A DNA stretch of 63,821 nt, counting the filler, from Folioceros fuciformis (taxonomy: Eukaryota), in the NCBI GenBank assembly GCA_049999805.1. It is 7 parts of 7 records of this genome, joined end to end, with 100 filler letters (N's around TTAATTAATTAA, not from the genome) between each part and the next. Parts side by side here need not be neighbours in the genome. Positions count along the whole stretch, not along the records: positions 51,502 to 62,061 come from JBNGIO010004413.1; positions 62,162 to 63,821 come from JBNGIO010004471.1; 5 more parts are not named here. One strand, 5' to 3'. Of the stretch, positions 60,062 to 63,821 are shown in pieces; position 1 is the stretch's first letter, and each line of letters opens with the position of its first letter. The notes under the pieces are model-generated. The model was not told the origin of the DNA. It was given only the letters and a program-made list of their open reading frames with translations, and searched no databases. Both the position numbers and the translations under genes were made by a program.

Positions 60062-62061
60062 TCAATGAACAGAAGATACTGGACCACCGTCTTTCAGTAC
60101 CACCTTGGGGATGCTGAATGCTGAGGAGAAAAACCTAGTCTTTAGTGGCCGATGGGGTTCTCCTGATCTCGTAGGTTCAACAGACCTCGATAGCACTGTA
60201 GGTAGTGGAACCTCTCCATCGTGAAGTACTGGTGTTGCTTGCGCACGTGCTGATAGCCCTTTAAGCTCTTTCACCGGGCTGCTCATATCTGAATGGTGAG
60301 ACACTAGGGGCTTTTTCCTCGTCTGCAAAGAAAGTTGAAGGTGGTCAGACAAAACGAGCCCTACTTACGTCACGTGCATTTTCGTGGATGTCATTTGCCA
60401 GACAGTACCTTTCTGCTGGAGGAATTCCTTTTGTCTTCGTTAACCTTCCGACCCTTCTTTTTCCCTACAATAAAGGATGAACAGGAAAGGGTGCTGGAGC
60501 CGTTTTCATCCACAACGAATTTGCTGCTCTTATCAGCACCGAGTGCATTCTCTAGTTCCTCGCAGCAGTGGGCAGTGGTCGTCGGAGGTGAAACCTGCAA
60601 ATCGCACCGCATGCCAACCATCTCAGTAGTCTTCCCACAACGTCGAGCTTGCTCTGTAGTAGACAAAAAGCATAGCTGTGGGCGAACATTTTCACTTGTA
60701 ATTGGCGTTGAAGTTTTTGACTTCTTCACCCGACCACTGTCTTCGTCAGCGATTGGCAATCTCTTCCTTGCTCTCGTTTGAGAGGCAACTGGAATGTTCA
60801 GTGAAGCTCCTGCATCCTGCAATGGTTGCCTGAGAACATCGTGGCTCCCTTTCGTGTGGGACCTCGTCTTTCTCCCTTTCTCCTGCAGGTCCATCGACCA
60901 AACTTAGTCTCGAAGTAGACAAGCACAAACACAGGTCTGAACAGAGCTTGATTGCTCTAGGTTGAGGCGAATTATTAGGATGGAATGGATCTTACGTGTT
61001 CACTGACTACCTCCTTATTGGCCACTGACGTGTTCCTCACTTGGTCAGCTGCAGCTGCTTCCAGTTCAGCCTTAAGGTTGCGACTCGTTGTATCCTTGTG
61101 GCCCACATTGGGAGCCCGCTCTTGTCTCTGAGAGGAAAGGGCTGGTTATACTTCAGTGTGACTCTAGCTAGCGCCATGCACATTTACCTCAGCATTGGTA
61201 CCTGCTTGTCTTGAAAGGCGGCCTCTAATTCGCCATACAGGAGTCTGAGATTCGCGTTCTCCTGACGTAATTCATCCATCCTTTTCCTTAGCTCCTCTGG
61301 CTTGCTAGCAGATTCTTCGTCCGGCTTGCGCGATTGAGGTGCATTTGGCTGTGGAAAGTAAATATATTTGTCAATTTCCCGAACAAGCAAAACTCTAGAG
61401 AAATGCAGGTGCTGGAAAAACGCTGGAATCTTAAAACCAGAGCGTTGTATTTCTTCTGGGTGCCCAACTTGAGGCTTACTTGGTCGGGAAGACTTGCAAT
61501 ATTTGCTTGTCGGCGAGTTTGTAAGACCAGATTCAGTTGTGGAATGTTCTCTGCTTCGACTTGAGATGGACCCACTGTCATATCCAATCCTGTAAGCTTC
61601 TGCTTCAATTGATGGACTTCGTCTTCTGACTGCTTCAGCTCAACTCTGAGCACCGTGGCCTCAAGATCTGTCCTATCTTTTACTGATTGTACATCCAGTA
61701 TTACTTGTCGGAGCCTTTCGATTTCTTGTCTGGCTGTGTGTAACTGCTCGCTTTTGACCTTCAAACGACCAGCATACGTTTCCTCCATCCTCTTCATCTG
61801 ATCCCAGACAAAATTTCTCTCCCTCTTGAGCAGGTCCACCTCTTTTGTCTGTTTGGAGGAAACGAGGTCATTATCAAACTTCAGCTTCTCCGTCTCTGAG
61901 AAGCGGTTTCTCTGTTCCTCATCTACCAAACTCTGAAGACGTAGCACTTCCTCTTGTGTTTCCTTAAGTCTCTTGTGATCTGCCAACTGTCTATGTTCAG
62001 CTGAATCAACTGACTGCTGTAGACAGGTTGCTCGTCGCTCTATTTCTGCCCTCTTTGACTC
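60062..62061 (-). CDS. Coiled-coil protein, multi-exon, 5' truncated
   Basis: Heptad-rich ORF 61288-61986 (KRERNFVWDQMKRMEE) and C-terminal FFSSAFSIPK. Recalled as similar to the plant 'cytomatrix protein-related' family. Exon structure is approximate. Confidence 0.6.
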
Positions 62062-62161
62062 NNNNNNNNNNNNNNNNNNNNNNNNNNNNNNNNNNNNNNN
62101 NNNNNTTAATTAATTAANNNNNNNNNNNNNNNNNNNNNNNNNNNNNNNNNNNNNNNNNNNN

Positions 62162-63460
62162 CACCTGCAGCTGGTTCTTCCAAAGACTCCAAACCGGGCC
62201 AGATCAAATGCATCGGCTCTTGTAACTGGTGTGGTGCAGCTGGCCATTGGGAGAGGGAATGTCGTAAAAAGAAATCTGGGGAACCCAAACGAGCTGAGTC
62301 TTCTCAAAAAGGGGCTGCTGCTCACACTGTCTCCAAGGCCAAATCTTCCTCTGGCCAGTCTGCCACCAAGCAATCAGTAGTTTTTACAACTTGTTTGTCT
62401 ACTTTTTCCAAGAGAGATAATGCCTGGTACTTGGATTCAAGAGCAATGACACACATATGCNNNNNNNNNNNNNNNNNNNNNNNNNNNNNNNNNNNNNNNN
62501 NNNNNNNNNNNNNNNNNNNNNNNNNNNNNNNNNNNNNNNNNNNNNNNNNNNNNNNNNNNNCAGCTGTTACGTACTAGTGCCTACAATATCACTTTTACTT
62601 CTACAGGCTGCCGTATTTTTCACACAGATTCTAGCAAGTCCCTAGTTGCTTAGGGTCTCTTAGAACATGACCTGTATCGCCTGGATATGGTGTGTGTTCC
62701 TGCTCATCGCGCTCACCTTGTTGCTAAGTCGCAGGAAGCACTTGCCCAACTTTGGCATGCACGTCTAGGTCATGCCAATCAGGACAAGTAAGTTCGGATG
62801 TCTAAGCTTAATTGTTATCGGGAACCTCTTCCCAAGTGCTTTCGAGAGTTACCTAGTTGTANNNNNNNNNNNNNNNNNNNNNNNNNNNNNNNNNNNNNNN
62901 NNNNNNNNNNNNNNNNNNNNNNNNNNNNNNNNNNNNNNNNNNNNNNNNNNNNNNNNNNNNNTCTCTCTACTACTTGACAATTACTGACGACTATAGCAGA
63001 TACTCTTGGACTTACCCAATGAAACGCAAGTCCGACACTTTTCAGTTCTTCCAGGAGTGGCTGGTAATGATCCAGCGTCAAACAGGCTGCCTTCTCCGCT
63101 GCCTCAAGTCCGACAATGGGACTGAATTTGTTAATTCTGCCTTCAATGAGTACTTGGCAGCATAGGGGATTACTCGTCAGTTTAGTATTCCTTACACCCA
63201 GCAACAAAACGGGGTTGCTGAGCGTAGGAATCAAACTCTTCTTAATATGACCAGGAGTATGCTAACATGGTCTGGTTTGAGCGAGGCGTATTGGGCCGAG
63301 GCTGTCGTGACTGCTACATATATTCTCAACAGGTTGCTTACCTCAGCTTTGCCTGTTCGCACACCTTTTGAAGCGATGTGGCAGTGCAAGCCGAGTCTCC
63401 TTCACCTTCGAGTTTTTGGCTCCCCAGCCTATGCTCTTATCCATCCTGAACAACGTAATA
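62162..63460 (+). mobile_element. Ty1/copia gag-PR-integrase fragments
   Basis: CNWCGAAGHWEREC, WYLDSRAMTHIC, LWHARLGH, KSDNGTEF and QQNGVAERRN motifs. Pol stops abruptly at ~63460, where non-coding LTR-like sequence begins. Confidence 0.9.
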
Positions 63461-63821
63461 ATGCGATTCATGATCGCGAGGGGCACGAGCAGGTGTGTAA
63501 GCGGCGATGCTAGGCAAGGACAAGGAAGAGAAGAATGAAAAACGGTTATCATTGTTCACGGGAAATTCTACATATATACAAAGCATTCGTAGGTGGTTAT
63601 AACTGTTCATAAAACCACTAATATCTAGTCAACCTAACTTTAGGTGACACATCTATTTCATTACTCCCTCTTGGTTGCAATGAACAGATATAAAAGTATG
63701 TGAAGAATATAAAACCCCTAGAACGGGTTCATGTACAGACAAGAACTCCAACAAAACACTTGAATGGGATACGGGCTAAGTTGTTGTGCCCACATCCCGT
63801 GTCCTCAACGCACGCTCAAGC

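Overview
Nuclear DNA from a land plant. A non-seed plant such as a hornwort or lycophyte is inferred from the ~80-120 bp GT-AG introns, compact gene spacing and HSPA12-type Hsp70s. The window is an assembly mosaic with six artificial N44-TTAATTAATTAA-N44 joiners and thirteen plain 100-N gaps. Positions 1-13 kb, 24-31 kb, 40-46 kb and 62-64 kb are mostly decayed, nested Ty1/copia LTR retrotransposons: two near-complete elements, a three-deep nest, a solo LTR with TSD and a LINE-like 3' fragment with TSD. The accessory-type genes are (1) a secreted ApoD/Blc-like lipocalin whose barrel appears split by a >150-aa helical insert, (2) an intronless ABCC/MRP transporter lying head-to-head with it, and (3) a cluster of intronless HSPA12-like atypical Hsp70s (two intact, one pseudogene) with an E(z)/CLF CXC remnant between them and a SPRY exon nearby. 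Positions 46-62 kb form a dense block of mainly housekeeping genes: Mpv17/PMP22, a LecRK-type kinase, SRRP1-like S1 protein, SmD1, a small plastid protein, glycerol kinase, a CUSTOS-like protein, NFS1 and a coiled-coil protein. I found no rRNA, tRNA or CRISPR array. The best novelty candidates are the split lipocalin, the HSPA12 cluster and a copia lineage with an extra coiled-coil/CCHC extension upstream of gag.
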